A DNA stretch of 64,000 bases from Lama guanicoe (GCA_013239625.1 MU053994.1:1615775-1679774), one strand, 5' to 3'. Counted from the first letter of the stretch, positions 21,241-33,421 are shown. Numbers and translations: made by a program. The notes: generated from the sequence alone by a model not told the origin.

Positions 21241-22574
21241 GAGGCCATAGATGCTGGTGAGGCTCTCAGGGGCTCAGGGGGAGCAGGCAGCCCCCAGAGC
21301 TGGGGGTGGTGACTGCCCCCCAACCCCTCCAGCCAAGGGACAAGGCTGCACCATCGTGGCTCCCCTGGAATCAAAGTGGAGGGTGCCAACATCCTAGAAA
21401 ATCCTTAGGGCCCCGAGGACCAACCCCCCTCCCTCTGCTATGCTGGCATCAAGCTGAGAAGCACGTGCAGCCCAGCCTGGCCCACTGCCCCCACCTCCAG
21501 CTTCCACCCCAACTCAGGGGCTCAAAGACCCCTAACATCAGCCCCTACGCATGGAGTAAAAGCCCGCAGAGCACACAGTCTCCATCTCCGAAAACCCCTC
21601 CTTAGCGGTGGGGTGAGCAGCCGAGAGAGACCGGGGGGCCAGCGTCGTCAGGGAGCTTGTTGGCCCGGGAGCTGTCGCTGTTCAGATGTGCCATGAGCAA
21701 TTGCCACTCGGCACGCCTTCCCCTGGCAAATTATTCTGCTGGAGTTTCTTCCAGCGTTCGGAGCTGCGCTGCTGTAAATGCCAGAAATCATGTACATTAA
21801 GCCCAGAGTGACGGCAGGCTTATGGATGGACTTACCTTCAAACAGAGGCCGCCGGAGCGCTCGGCGTGGGGGGCGGCATTTTATAGATGCTGCTCTCCGC
21901 TTGTCGAGGCCTTAAGCGGTCAAGTTGGCCACGTAATCAATTTCTCATGTAGGCTTGGCTGGGGGCCACATGCTCCCAGGCGGGGATGTGGGACGCAGTC
22001 CCTCAACCCATGGCCTGCCTCCCGCTGAAGACCTTCCCCTGACCCCTGTCCTGAAAGTGATGCATCCCTGTCCACCTGCGGTGGCAGGGGACTGGCCAGG
22101 GGGGGTGACACCCTGCCAACTCAGTCTAACGCAGAATCCCAGAGCCTGCCTCTCCTCCTCAGAGCCCCTCGTGAGGACAGCAGGCATCCTCAATGCTAAC
22201 TCGCCATTCTGGGCCGGGCCGCACTCTGAGCCCCTCCCCTTCCCCAAAGCGGGGTCTGAGCTCTCCACAGGGTTGTCTGACCTCAGCTCCTATTGTCCCA
22301 TGATCCACTGTTTCCCTCTCTGATCTGGGACGCCTGGGTCACTGGCTTTGCCATCTCTCCTGCATGGCTGTCACTCAACCCCTCTCCTCTGTCACTCAGC
22401 TTCTCCGGCCCCTTGGGGCCCCTCCCCTCACTGCCTTCCATCAGCCCTGACCTCCTGGGATGCCCGCTTCAGGCAAGGCTCCATCCAGCACTCCACTGAG
22501 CCATCCGCTCTGGCAGCTCGGTGCCCAAGGCGTCAGTATCAGGGACACAGTCGGTCCAGAGCCCCTGCCCACCT

Positions 22575-22712
22575 GTAAGCTGGGAATGCTAGTAGGACTT
22601 CCCTCACCAGACATTGCCAGGGTTAAATGAATTCTTATACATACAGAGGGTTCAGAGCAGGACTCGGGCATAGCGAGTGTTATCTAAGTGCCACCTATTA
22701 TTATTATTGCTA
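22575..22712 (+). mobile_element. MIR 3' half
   Basis: agggttaaatga...ggcatagcgagtgt...ctattattattatt. Confidence 0.6.
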
Positions 22713-23759
22713 TTGTTTTTGGATTCTAGGTTATTAGCACTGAGAGATGTGGTTCCATGTATTCTCACCACACAGCTGTCAGGAGAGAAATTTAGCACCC
22801 CTGACACCATCCTGTCTTAGGCATCACCCCCCCAATGTGCGTGCCGACACACACGTGCACGCATGCACACGCATCCACCTACACACTCGGTAATCAGCGC
22901 TGTTTGCCACAGGCCACACCACAGTAATGTATTAGCGCGCGAGGAACAAGCCGCTTTATCTTCCTCTCCAGGCAGAAGCACGTGTGTGGAAGATGGATGG
23001 AGAGCGTCTGCCTGCATCCACAGAGGAAAACACATCCCGGCTGGCTCCGCAGCCCCTAGAGAAACAGGGCAGAGGCCGCCCCTGGGGGCCGGATGCTGCG
23101 AGTCCTGGGGGCTTGGAGGCCAGGTCTCTCCTAATAGCATGCCCAGTCGGCCGGCACTTGCCCGCTTCCAAAGCCCCCTCCTTCATCTGGCTGTTGTATC
23201 TGCCGGAGGCTTTCTGCTGTGGACACGGTCTCCAAGGGGACGATGTGCTGCCTGTGGGGCAGAGGGGCAGGGATGGGAGTGAGGCACACAATGAAAGACT
23301 TACAGGGACTTTCCTTCTAGAAGCAAGGGAGCCTTTTCTTGGACTCCTGTCTCACGGCTGATCTGACCCCAAGGTGGCTCTGCCGGACCAAGGCTTTTCC
23401 CGGGTGAGATCATGCAACAGGGCCATGCTGTCCACGCACAGCGGACAAGGCCTCGGGCCTCTCACCCCGTCAGACTTCCACAGCGGGCTCTTCCAGGCGC
23501 TGGCGATTCTTGCAAACATAGATGAATGTCACGAAAGGGAAAACTTTTCGAAAGAAAGGAATCAATCTCATTTGGAAAGTATATTTAGCAAAAGGAAAGC
23601 AAACACTTCAGGATGGATTAACTTTCCAGTTTTACACTCATTTATCAAATATTTCTGGAGTGACAAGTACAGGCGAGGCACTGCCGTTGGCTTGGGGCCC
23701 CTGTCCCAACAGAATTCAAGGGCTTTTCCCGGCTGGTAGGCAATTTATTGGAAAGTGAC

Positions 23760-24188
23760 AGTCTTGGAAACCATGCCTCACAGCCCTCCAACTTAAGGGA
23801 ACCTAAATGCATAAGGGCCCCAGCTGCCCAGCTCTGGAATCCATCCCAGCATTTGGGCCGAGGCTACACCTCCCACCGGCCGCCCCAGCCAATGACCGAG
23901 CCAGGCGCCGCGCTCAGGAGAAACAGGACGCCTCTGACAGCTGACTTGGGTTTGAGGACAGCCTGCCGGCCTGGCTGAACTTTCCAGAGTCTGCTGGACA
24001 GTCTGGGATGCTCCCGCCCACCTCCCTGCCCTCTCGCCTTCACTCAGGTCAGACCGCATCACAGCCTTTCTGTTCTCCCATCCTTTGCCAGTTCCCTCCC
24101 TATTTCTCTCACAGGCATTTCCCCTAATAAAAATCCTGGCACATTTAATTGTCTCCTGACACCTGCTTCTTGGAGGACCACTACTGCA
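23760..24188 (+). mobile_element. LTR16A/MER54-class ERVL solo LTR
   Basis: ccaatgac promoter box; cccctaataaaaatcctggcacatttaatt...ctgcttcttggaggacc 3' end. Confidence 0.6.
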
Positions 24189-25214
24189 GACGTATTGCCG
24201 CGTCCTCTGCCTCCATCTTCTGCACGGGCTTCCCAGACAGGACCCCCCCCCACCTCCCCACATCGCGACTCTAGCTGATGTGAAGCCCTTGCAGAGACCT
24301 GAATTGGCTCATTGCTTAGGAGTCGCTTTATAATTTGGCATCTCCCCAGTAGATTCTAAGCTGTGTAAGAACTTACAATATCCTTAAGGCTCCTCACTTA
24401 GATGTTTCTCAGAGGTGTTGCTGACACATCGCAGGGAGGTCCTTGCCATCAAGCTCTTATGTCATATTTCAAGATACCTCTGTGATTTAGTAATAAAATT
24501 CACAATTACTATTGCACAATGAGTCCACAGCCCGTTGCTAAGTTGTTTACATGCATTACCTCACTTAATGCCTAACCGTCTCGGCACACACCCCCATCAC
24601 CCGCCCACCCATCCATGCAGAGGACGTCCTTTCTTCCAAACACAGTTCTATGGCTTACTCTCACTTGGCAGCCCCTCCTCCTCTGCGAATCCAAATCAAG
24701 ACATTTGCAGGCAGAACACAAAGATCTGATCTTACAAAGTGTGAGCATTTTCCAAGAGACAACTGATACCCAGGTTGAGAAATCCCAGGCACACGGCTTA
24801 GTAACAAAGTCCAGCTTTGCCGAGGCTTACAGACGATATAATCAACTCCTCTTTTTAATCCTACCCTGTTTGACAGCACACCGCACCTCATACCACCACT
24901 GGCCATTTCTTTCCTTCTGGTGTCTTGGCTTCTTGGTACTTGAAAAACCAGGCCTCTGGGCTCACATCCAGGACACATCCAGGCATCCCCCAACCCTTTG
25001 AGCTTGATCCATCCTCCCCGGCCCCCAACTTTGAGAAATGTTCTCCTGTTCACTCTGGGATGCAGGTCTACATACTCAACAGAAAGCCACGGGCTGGCTG
25101 GTCGGGAGACCTCACACAAGCTACTTGGCACCTGCGAGCCTCAATTCCCTCGTCTGTAAAACAGGGTCATTGTGAGGATTAAAGGAGAGAATGAATTTGA
25201 AAATTACTATAAAT

Positions 25215-25365
25215 CCTTACTGCTCAAAGTGTGGTCCTCAGACCAGCAGCAACAGCATCTGCAAGCGTGTTAGAAACACAGATGCTCGGACCTCGCCCAG
25301 ACCCACCCAATCAGAGCCCCCGGGCTCACAGCACCATTCTCCTTCCAGGTGATTCGGGTGCACAC
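25215..25365 (+). mobile_element. MER5A-family MITE (preceded by a MIR fragment ~25100-25200)
   Basis: ctcaaagtgtggtcctcagaccagcagc...gttagaaacacaga...caggtgattc. Confidence 0.75.
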
Positions 25366-26284
25366 CGACAAGCCTTGTTATGACAAGACTTGCTCTCCGA
25401 GTTGTGTATCCTTATTTCCCCTTCCCGGGAAACACCCTAGGTTTTGGAGCTGATACCTCTGCTTTTGCAGTTTCTCCTGCTCCTCCCGGCCATCCCTCGT
25501 CCCTGTCACTTCCCTCCCTCCTCTTCCTCTCCCGGCCCCTTCAGGGCTGAGCTCTCCTCTCCACCCTGTTCCATCACTTCCTCTCCTTTGGTCAATTACA
25601 CAGTCAGCACTCCCCAAACCCACCATTTCTACTGCCTCAGCAAAAAGGGGAACGCAGCGGGAGACTTGGCAATATATGTACACTCGGAGGGGGCCGCTCA
25701 TCACAGCTTCATGGCCTGCAGGGCGTGGAGAAAGGGCTGGAAATGCACGGAGGGGCCCAACCAGAGAAACAATCTGGGGCCAGCCCGATGCATCCATTCA
25801 CCTCTGATTCCAGGCCACGCCGAGGGGGCAAACTGCTCCCATTTCATGTACCTGACGTGTAATCTCTTTTGTGTAAGTACAGTAATGCTGTCTGTGTATA
25901 AGTTAAATGACGACAGCAGTTCATTATTTGTGGGTAAACAAGGGATGCCTCTTTGCCCCAGGAGAGACTGCAAGACACCCAGTTAAGGAACCACAAGATC
26001 AAAGACAGAAGAAGGGGGAAAATGAGAGGAAACGTCATTCTTCTCCCAGGAGCTTCTTGGGAAAGAGGGGCTAGCTGATCGGCCTTCAAGGAGACCTCAA
26101 GCAAGGCCAAAAGACCCTTGGAGCAAGAGCAGACTGTCCTCAGGAATCTGAACTGAGATGTGGAGATGAGGGATGATGTCCAAAGACTAGCAGGAGTGCC
26201 CCCAAATGCCAGACAGTCCTCCCAGGGGTCTGCACTACCAGGAGTAGCTTTGTGATGGGCACACATTCCAGGGCCTACTAGTCG

Positions 26285-26765
26285 TTGCAGATAACCATCT
26301 TCTTCTCCCCTAGACATACAACCTCCAATATTTAGCGAGACCCATACCCCACTCCCTGAATAAAGACCACACACTCCCCAGCCTCGATTTGCAGCCAGGT
26401 GTGGCCAAGTGACCAAGTCTGGCCAACAGGATATAAGCAGAAGCAACTTCGGGAACGTGTTCTAGAAGAGAAGTGAGTGCACCCCTCTTGGCCCTCTCCT
26501 TTTTGCCCCCTAGAACAGGGAGGTGATGGGGAGCTCGGGCAGCCATCTTGAACCACGAGGTAACATTGGGACTGGAAGCCATGCGGGGCAGAGCAACAAG
26601 ATCAAAGGAGCCTGAGTCACTTACATCTTACAGCCCTGATGCCAACCATCTTACCAGCCTGGGACTGCCAACCTCTGGGCTTTTAGATGAGAAATCTATT
26701 TCTGGCGTTTTGAGGTCATTGCTATTTGGGAGGGTTTGTCATTCACAGATGACCAAAATCGAAAT
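26285..26765 (+). mobile_element. MLT1J-type MaLR solo LTR
   Basis: ttgcagccaggtgtggccaagtgaccaagtctggccaa...cagccatcttgaaccacgagg...aaggagcctg. Confidence 0.75.
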
Positions 26766-26789
26766 GTAAAAGGTACGTATGCAGCATGG

Positions 26790-27031
26790 CGTCTTAGATC
26801 AGGTTCTCCAGGACGCACGCAGATTTTGAGATGGAAATTTACAAGCAGTAGGTTTACTGGGATATGGTCTCAAGGTCAACACTCGAGTTGGAGTGATGAA
26901 CAAATTGGGCAGAGAAGTTGAATGGCAACGGGGTCACCGTAGTGGCCTTGGTGGATCCCACAGGGACCTCTGGTGTGAAGAAGGCCCTTCCAAGTTCTTC
27001 TGAACTGAGACAGGAGGGCTGAGGCTTTGGA
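26790..27031 (-). mobile_element. LTR16-family fragment
   Basis: gtcttagatcaggttctccagg...tgagatggaaattt...attgggcagagaagttgaa...ggcccttc. Confidence 0.65.
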
Positions 27032-27304
27032 CTTCTGTGGGCTTTGGTTTTCTCATCTGTAAAATGGGTATGTTACTGATCTGGCACTTGTAGTGAGGAT
27101 AGGGAAAAGTGGGTGTGCAGGGTCTAGCTCACAAGTGAACAACCACAAGAAGCAGCCTGGGGAAGACTTCAGAACTTTGTCCGTGTCCACTGGGGGCCCA
27201 CGTCTGTGTCTCGACTAAGTGACCTGTCTGTGCATCATAGAAGACAAGCAGGCAACTGTCGTTCTCCAGAACCTTCTCTAACACTGCCACCTTCGCCAGT
27301 GGGA

Positions 27305-27484
27305 GAACTCACGATCTCTTCCTTCATGTTCCCATGGGACTCTAAGCACCATCGTGACTCTTACCACATTGAACGGGGCTGTTTTCCTGGGGCTCTGAGC
27401 TCTCCGCTCACCTCTGTATCTCCAACTCCCAGCTCAGTGCAAGGCAGGCAGAAAAGGTCCAATGTACGATGGTTAAATCAATGA
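27305..27484 (+). mobile_element. L2 3' end
   Basis: ctcacctctgtatctcca...cagctcagtgcaaggca...ttaaatcaatga. Confidence 0.55.
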
Positions 27485-28299
27485 GCTTCACTGAAGAGGC
27501 CAAATCCCCATGATGTCAAGGAGACAAAGACGATTCCCCTGGAGCCAGGAGACACGGCTTTGAGTCTCTGTCTCACCGTCTCTTACTTACAGCCTCCCCG
27601 AGCCTTGACCGGAATCATAACAACAAACAGGGCTATTGTGATGATGAAATGATCTCTTAGTTTAAAAACTGCAGAACGTGATGTAGCTGTTATACTGCTG
27701 GAGATGGGATGGGGGAGGTTTTCATCAGTTGAATCTAAATCTGTGATTCTGAGGGATTGTTTGTAGCACATACACTCAGACTGCAGAGTCCTGCAAAATG
27801 AGGCAGCCACCAAAGCGGAGGACCAGGGACAATTGGCAGCATCCCAAGGGTAGCCCTAACTCCAGCCTCCATTGCCTGAAAATGCAAACTTTGGCCACAC
27901 AGGCCACCGTGGGCCCAGCCCTAAAAGGACGGATAGATGCAGCGGGCCGCCAAGACACAGCAGTTATATGTGGGATCAGAGCTGCTTCACATCCCGCCAT
28001 AATGACGAGGGGGTCCCTACATAATGCACACAGGACTCAGGGACAGGCCAGGCTCCCCCAGAAGATGGCTGTGAGGGACAGTAAGTAACCCAGGCTCTAG
28101 CTCTTTCAAAGCAGGCACGGGTGAGGGGCCCACCATAAATCTCAAGGGAAGTTGTGATGTCTGTCTGGCAGGAAGAAGAATTTAGATCCTAAGTGGAAGC
28201 ACTGGAGGCCATGGGAGGAACTCCAAGCACCCTGGACCAAGACAACAAGTGATGTATCAGCCACACTTTTAAAGACTCTGTTGGCCTGTGTTTAGGAGC

Positions 28300-28478
28300 A
28301 AACTGACCTGGCAGCAAATATTGCAGCTGCAACCAATGAACTGTATTACCTGGGTCAAGCGTATAGCCTTTCCCTGCCTCGGTTTGCTGATCTGCGAAAT
28401 GGGGGCGGTCATAATTCCCACTTCAGGTTGTCAGAAGGACTGGGCTAGCACAGGTAAGGCGCTGAGTGCCTGGCATGT
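28300..28478 (+). mobile_element. MIR SINE
   Basis: tgcctcggtttgctgatctgcgaaatgggg...gtaaggcgctgagtgcctggca. Confidence 0.65.
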
Positions 28479-28744
28479 CATGACTGTGCCCAGGGGCTGA
28501 GGACTGAGAGGAGGCTGGCAGGGGCGGGGGGCCCTCTGCAATCCCGTCAGTAGGGATCACTGCAGGCTACTTGTACACGAGAGATGGGGTCCCCCTCAGG
28601 AGAGGCTCAGTCCAGGGAGAGAGAGGGCTCTCCACCTGAAAATCCACGTAACGTGGCAAAGCTGAATGTGGTCAGAGCCCAGTGAGGGGTAAGGGAGGCG
28701 AGGATCGAGACCTGCAAACTGAAAGAGGTCTCTCAGGGTGGAGG

Positions 28745-29035
28745 TAGGCAGGACTCTTTTGGTTGTAAGGCAGAGAAATGCCACTCAACCTGCTCGGTGG
28801 GGGGAAAAAATGGAAAGTATTGGCTCCAGAAACGAACACATTAAAAGGTGGCTGGTTTCAGGTATGGCTGACTCCGGGCACTTATCCCAAGTGGTGACAA
28901 GATGGTCACCAGCAGCCTCAGACTTACATTTTCTTAACAGAGCAACTGTGACAGAGAGGATGCCCTTCCCCAACAGTTCCAGGAAAATTCCCAGGTCCGC
29001 CACTGCCTGGCTAGAATTGGCCAGCTTGGGCCTTG
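28745..29035 (-). mobile_element. MLT1K/L-type MaLR LTR
   Basis: caggactcttttggttgtaaggcagagaaa...ttcaggtatggctg...aagatggtcaccagcagc. Confidence 0.65.
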
Positions 29036-29479
29036 GCCCACCGCAGGGTCCCGGGAACATGGCTGACTCCACACAACTTATGGGGAAGATGGGGCAAGAG
29101 GCCTGACTGGTCAGGCAGAATAACAGCTCTTGCCTTCTAAAGGCTTCTCTAAGGAGGTGAGACTTGAGCCCACCCCGCCCCCTCTCACTCTGGTTTAAAT
29201 AGTTACCAGCATTTGTTCAAAGACACGAGTTGCAAAGGGCTGGCACCTATGCTGTTTAATCTCTTAACTCAGTCAAATCAATTCTAGGCAGGGCAAACCT
29301 GACCACACGAAGGTCCAGGGGTGGGGTGGCCCACAGCACGGGAGATCAATCTCGCAGCTGTGTGTAGGGGGTACTGAGGGTCCGGAGCCTGATGGGGCTG
29401 GCAGTTGGCGGGGGGAGGGGTATCCTTTTCAGCTGGAGGAGAAGGGGCTCATTCCTGCCTTTTTTCAGTTCATCAGTAA

Positions 29480-29930
29480 AGTCCCGGGGTGGCGTGGCAG
29501 GAGGGGCAGGGAGAGGGAGGAGGTGTGGGAACAGGATGACGACCAGCTCGGATTTGGAAGCCAGCTTTGAAAGAGAGGGCAGGCGAGTCACACATGATTC
29601 TCAAGTGTGGGCTGAAAAAAGAGTGACAGGCTTCTCTGCAGAAATGAGGGACGCTGTGGAGGGGAAGCCGGGGGTGGGGGCTGATTTGATTTGTTTGACT
29701 TGAAGGTGTCACAAGAGCATCCAGGTGAAAGGGGCTGCGGGCTGAGGCCAGAGTTGTGGATTTCAGGGTCCTGAAGTCACCATTGAGCCTGGCTCCGGGG
29801 GGAAGTTCGAGCAGAGAGGGAAGCAGGCAGGCTGAGAAGTGGGCCTTGGGAGATGCCCACATTGAGGGGGTCAGACAAGGAACATGGCTGCAAAGAAGCC
29901 AGTGGATGCTCAGCAAAAGTGAGGAGAGGC
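29480..29930 (-). mobile_element. L2 fragment, very diverged
   Basis: gagtcacacatgattctcaag...gggctgaggccagagttgtggattt...gagatgcccacattga. Confidence 0.45.
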
Positions 29931-30279
29931 AGACCAGAGGGGGAGGGTGCTGGCAGGGCTGGGGGCGGGGGACGCAGGTGGGGAGGGCTATTGATGTTGA
30001 GCACGTGATGGCTATTGATGTTGAGCGAACAGTCTGTCAATCTCAGTGGTCCCAGGGCCTTAGAACGAGGCAGCTGGTGGGCTGCCTGCTCTCGCAAGGG
30101 CTGGTGGACCATGGCTTATGCCACTTCAACAAGCACATCGTTAACAGAATTTGTACTGGCCTAGAGAAGGGGGCAGAAGGATGTTTAATCAGTGCTCTCT
30201 TGACAGTGATGGAGAGGAAGGAAAAGGAAGGGACAGAACGAAGGGGAGAAATGGAAGGAAGGGAGTCACAGTGGCACCC

Positions 30280-30281
<2 letters not shown>

Positions 30282-30327
<46 letters not shown>
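30282..30327. repeat. (AC)23 microsatellite
   Basis: 46-nt uninterrupted dinucleotide repeat. Confidence 0.98.
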
Positions 30328-30330
<3 letters not shown>

Positions 30331-30893
30331 CTTGAGAAGGGGAGAGAAATCTTTTCTATTCTCAAAGAATTCCTTGGAGAATCCTCCCCAGACATCTCCT
30401 GAAACAGAAGGTTCTCCCACACAGGCGCGCGTGCACACACACAGAGTCACGGTACACGTGGCGCCACAGGGACCGGGCTGCCCGGCTCACACGCGGCTGG
30501 CCGCCCATAGAATGACACGGTGGCGGTGCAAATGGAGGGAGCGGGAAGAAGCTGGCCGTGGAGGGAGGGGCCGCAGCATCCCCGTCTGGTCTGCGCCCAC
30601 CCTTTGTCAAGGCGAGGGATGGGCTGTGGGCCTGAGCGTGGGTGGATGGAAGCTCAATCCTCCCTGCTGGCAGTCCCGGGCAGGCGCCGTCCCCAGATGT
30701 CAGCGCTAATGCCTTGATAAACAGGGAGCTTGCTGGAATGCGGCTGTTAATTGGGGCTAGAGCCGCAGCCTTTAGCTCTGGGAGCAATGGTTAATGACGG
30801 GCCCGCCGGGGGAAGCCGCAGACGGTTGCCACTGTTCGAGTTCCGTCCTCTCTGCCTTCTTAAACAGCAGTTTATCTAAAAATTGAAAACACT

Positions 30894-30919
30894 TTCCTGG
30901 GAATAATTATTTCTTGGAA
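30894..30919. promoter_or_regulatory. Tandem STAT (GAS) motifs TTCCTGGGAA-taattat-TTCTTGGAA
   Basis: TTC-N4-GAA plus TTC-N3-GAA, 7 bp apart; function untested. Confidence 0.35.
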
Positions 30920-32385
30920 GCTACAGGACTACTATCAGATTTCACAGCCTGCTGTCGGGTTGACCTTCTCTAGGCTGAGGGGCCAGCTGCCTTTGGGGGG
31001 AGGCAGTTTTGCTTCTGCTCTTCCCTGCATCCATCTCTTTCCTGGGTCCTCACCGCGCAGCCACTGTGGGCATCTTTGAAGGGGCTTTGTAGCTAATGTA
31101 GGGCTCAGCAGGAGGTTCATTAAGTGAAGGTGGGCAGGAGAAGGAGGAACAGGAAGGCCAGAGAGAATCTTTAACCTTCCAGGGGACGATGCTTCTAGCA
31201 TTGCCAAAACCCACCTGGAAGCCTCAGGGTCTCTGTGCTGACTCCAGGTTTAGGCTGAGTTCTAGGTCTGTCGGTTGGGAGGGTGTCAGGAAAAGGGGTC
31301 TGTGGTCGCCAAAAGACCTTCTGTGGGCCCTATTGCTTCCTCAGAGGCTATTTCCACAACAGCCAGCTTGCAGCAGTCAGGGAAGGGCAGAGGGAGGAGC
31401 GGCCGGAACCCGGAACCCAAGGCCCGGCGAGCTGTTCAGATGATGGCCAGCGCAGCCCTGCCAGAGGGGGCGCCCTGGAGCCAGAGCTGGCCTTGCCCTT
31501 ACTCAGTGGGGTCTGGGCGCAGCTGCCTAGGCTGTGATGGAGGGGTGGGAACCCATGCCAAAAGCTGACCCCATATGTGTCCTCCCAGGGTCAGCCCAGG
31601 CCAGACCACGACAGGGCACTCAGCCTGGAAACATGGCCGCGGGCAGCATCCTCCTTGGATGTGCCGGGCAGTGACACAGGCGGTTAAACTCAGTGTGCTG
31701 GCCACAGGCCAGCCTTCCGGCTTGGCAATTACACACTGTCTACCTCCGCCTCTCCCTGCTGCCCCATCACCTCCCTGTCAGGCGGCTTTAATGCCGCTCG
31801 CCTCTTCCTGTCAGCAAATGTTTGTGTGTGGTGTTGCTGGGCGACAGCTGAACAGGGCCTGCATTCTCCTGGCCCCGGGGCCCCTGGCGGAGCCTTCCCT
31901 CCAAGGGCTTTGCCGGCCTGACGTGTCAACGCTGCATGAGCCGCAGCACGGAGACTCACAGGCCAGGCTCCTGCCGGAAGGGTCGCTCTGGCCAGATCGG
32001 CCGAGGATAACTGAAGGGTGGAGCCGGGCCTTTCTCAGGCTCCAGCTCCCCCGGGAACTGTTCTGTGAGTCCCCTTCACAGACACATCTGGGGAGACTGG
32101 AATTCATTTTGCCAAATGATGATAAAGACAGGAACCATGCATGACTCCACCCCCAAGTGAGGTCACATGTGGCTCCCTGCCCATGGGAATCTGGAGAGCG
32201 GAGTAGACTGCTGGGTATTCAACACCATCTATTTATGGAGACACCCCGATGTTTAAAAGGCAAACTTGGATTTCAAGCCAGGATCTGCCAACCACCAGCT
32301 GTGTGGCCTTAGCCTCTCACACCACCTGTCTGGGTCTCTGCTTCCCTATCTGTGCTTTGGAGTGGTCATAAGCACCCCTACCTTG

Positions 32386-32650
32386 ACTCACATAGAAAAC
32401 AAACTTATGGTTACCAGGGGGAAGAAGAGGGGTGGAGGGATAAATTGGGAGTTTGCGATTTATAGATTCACACTATTATATATAAAATAGATTTGAAAAA
32501 ACCTGGGTCCTGCTGGATAACACAGGGAACTATATTCAAAACCTTGTAATAGCCTACAATGAAAAAGAATATACATATGTGTAACTGAATCACTATGCTG
32601 TACACCAAGTATGCAATACAAACTATGCAATACAAAATAAATGTAGAAAA
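32386..32650 (+). mobile_element. Young cetartiodactyl/camelid L1 3' tail inserted in a MIR
   Basis: catagaaaacaaacttatggttacc...cacagggaactatattca...ctatgctgtacacca; 16-bp TSD aagcacccctaccttg (32370-85) / aagaacccctatcttg (32651-66). Confidence 0.9.
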
Positions 32651-32959
32651 AAGAACCCCTATCTTGTTCAAAACCAGTGGGGCTTATTTCTTGCTGTAAG
32701 TGTCTGGAGAAGCCACGATGGAGAGGTCAAAGAAGGGAAGGAGCCTCTGTGTAAGTGAGGAAGACGCAGGGTAATAAGCAAGCTGGGGATCTGGAAAGGA
32801 ACAGACAGAGATGGGGAAAAGGGAACCTAGTCATCACTTGATACTTTTTGCTTTTGTTTTTGGTGGGGTAGGATCTGAGAGAGTGGCACCTGATGGGAGA
32901 AGATGCTAATGAGTTAACATGATAGCTGACGAGCTTGGGTGACGGGCAGCAGGCCTGGA

Positions 32960-33055
32960 GCAAGAAGGGTTACCCAGACCCAAGTCCAAGTTTTGCCATG
33001 TTACGTCATAGCTGTGTGACCTTGGGCAAGTTGCTTAACCTCTCTGGACCTCAGC
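32960..33055 (+). mobile_element. MIR core
   Basis: tagctgtgtgaccttgggcaagttgcttaacctctctggacctcag. Confidence 0.85.
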
Positions 33056-33308
33056 AATCCAATGCACTCCAAGAACTCACCTTCTAGGCTTGCTGTGGCA
33101 TCACAGCCTGAAGGACAACTGTGAAACTGCAGGTGTGCGTGTGAGTGGGTTTAACGAGTGATGAAGCTGGCTCGTGGGAGCAGAAGATTCCCCGTGAGCT
33201 GGGAGGGGAGACCCTGAGGCTGCTAGAATGGGAGATCCTAGAAGTGGAGGTGGAACGATTGAAAGCAGGAGCTCAGGATACTGACAGCCTGGCTGAAGGA
33301 GCAGAGAT

Positions 33309-33421
33309 TAGGGTGGCCCATCAGCTTGGTTTGCCAGGGACTGTCTTAGTTATAGCACTGACAGCCCCATGTCCTGAGGAAACCCTCCAACCCGGGAAAA
33401 CTGGGCCCGGTGGTCACCTTG
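33309..33421 (+). mobile_element. MER81-like hAT-Blackjack MITE
   Basis: TIRs tagggtggcca / tggtcaccttg; 8-bp TSD gcagagat/gctgagag. Confidence 0.75.

Noticed and set aside
20724..21392. 222-aa hydrophobic Ser/Leu-rich ORF resembling a membrane protein
   Set aside because: Translation of the GA-rich low-complexity tract.
25444..25986. ORF starting with a signal-peptide-like MELIPLLLQFLLLLP
   Set aside because: Starts at TTG, the leucine run comes from a CT-rich tract, and I see no recognisable homology or exon structure.
29756..30709. Longest ORF in the track (317 aa)
   Set aside because: Non-ATG start, runs through L2 remnants and the (AC)23 repeat (THTHTH), and has no domain similarity; a GC-rich chance ORF.
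31459..31474. CTCF-like words (also ~16434 and ~36009)
   Set aside because: Each has two or more mismatches in the CCASYAGRKGGC core, which is expected by chance in GC-rich DNA.
32610..32636. 13-bp tandem duplication tatgcaatacaaa
   Set aside because: A local slippage event within an L1 tail with no functional implication.
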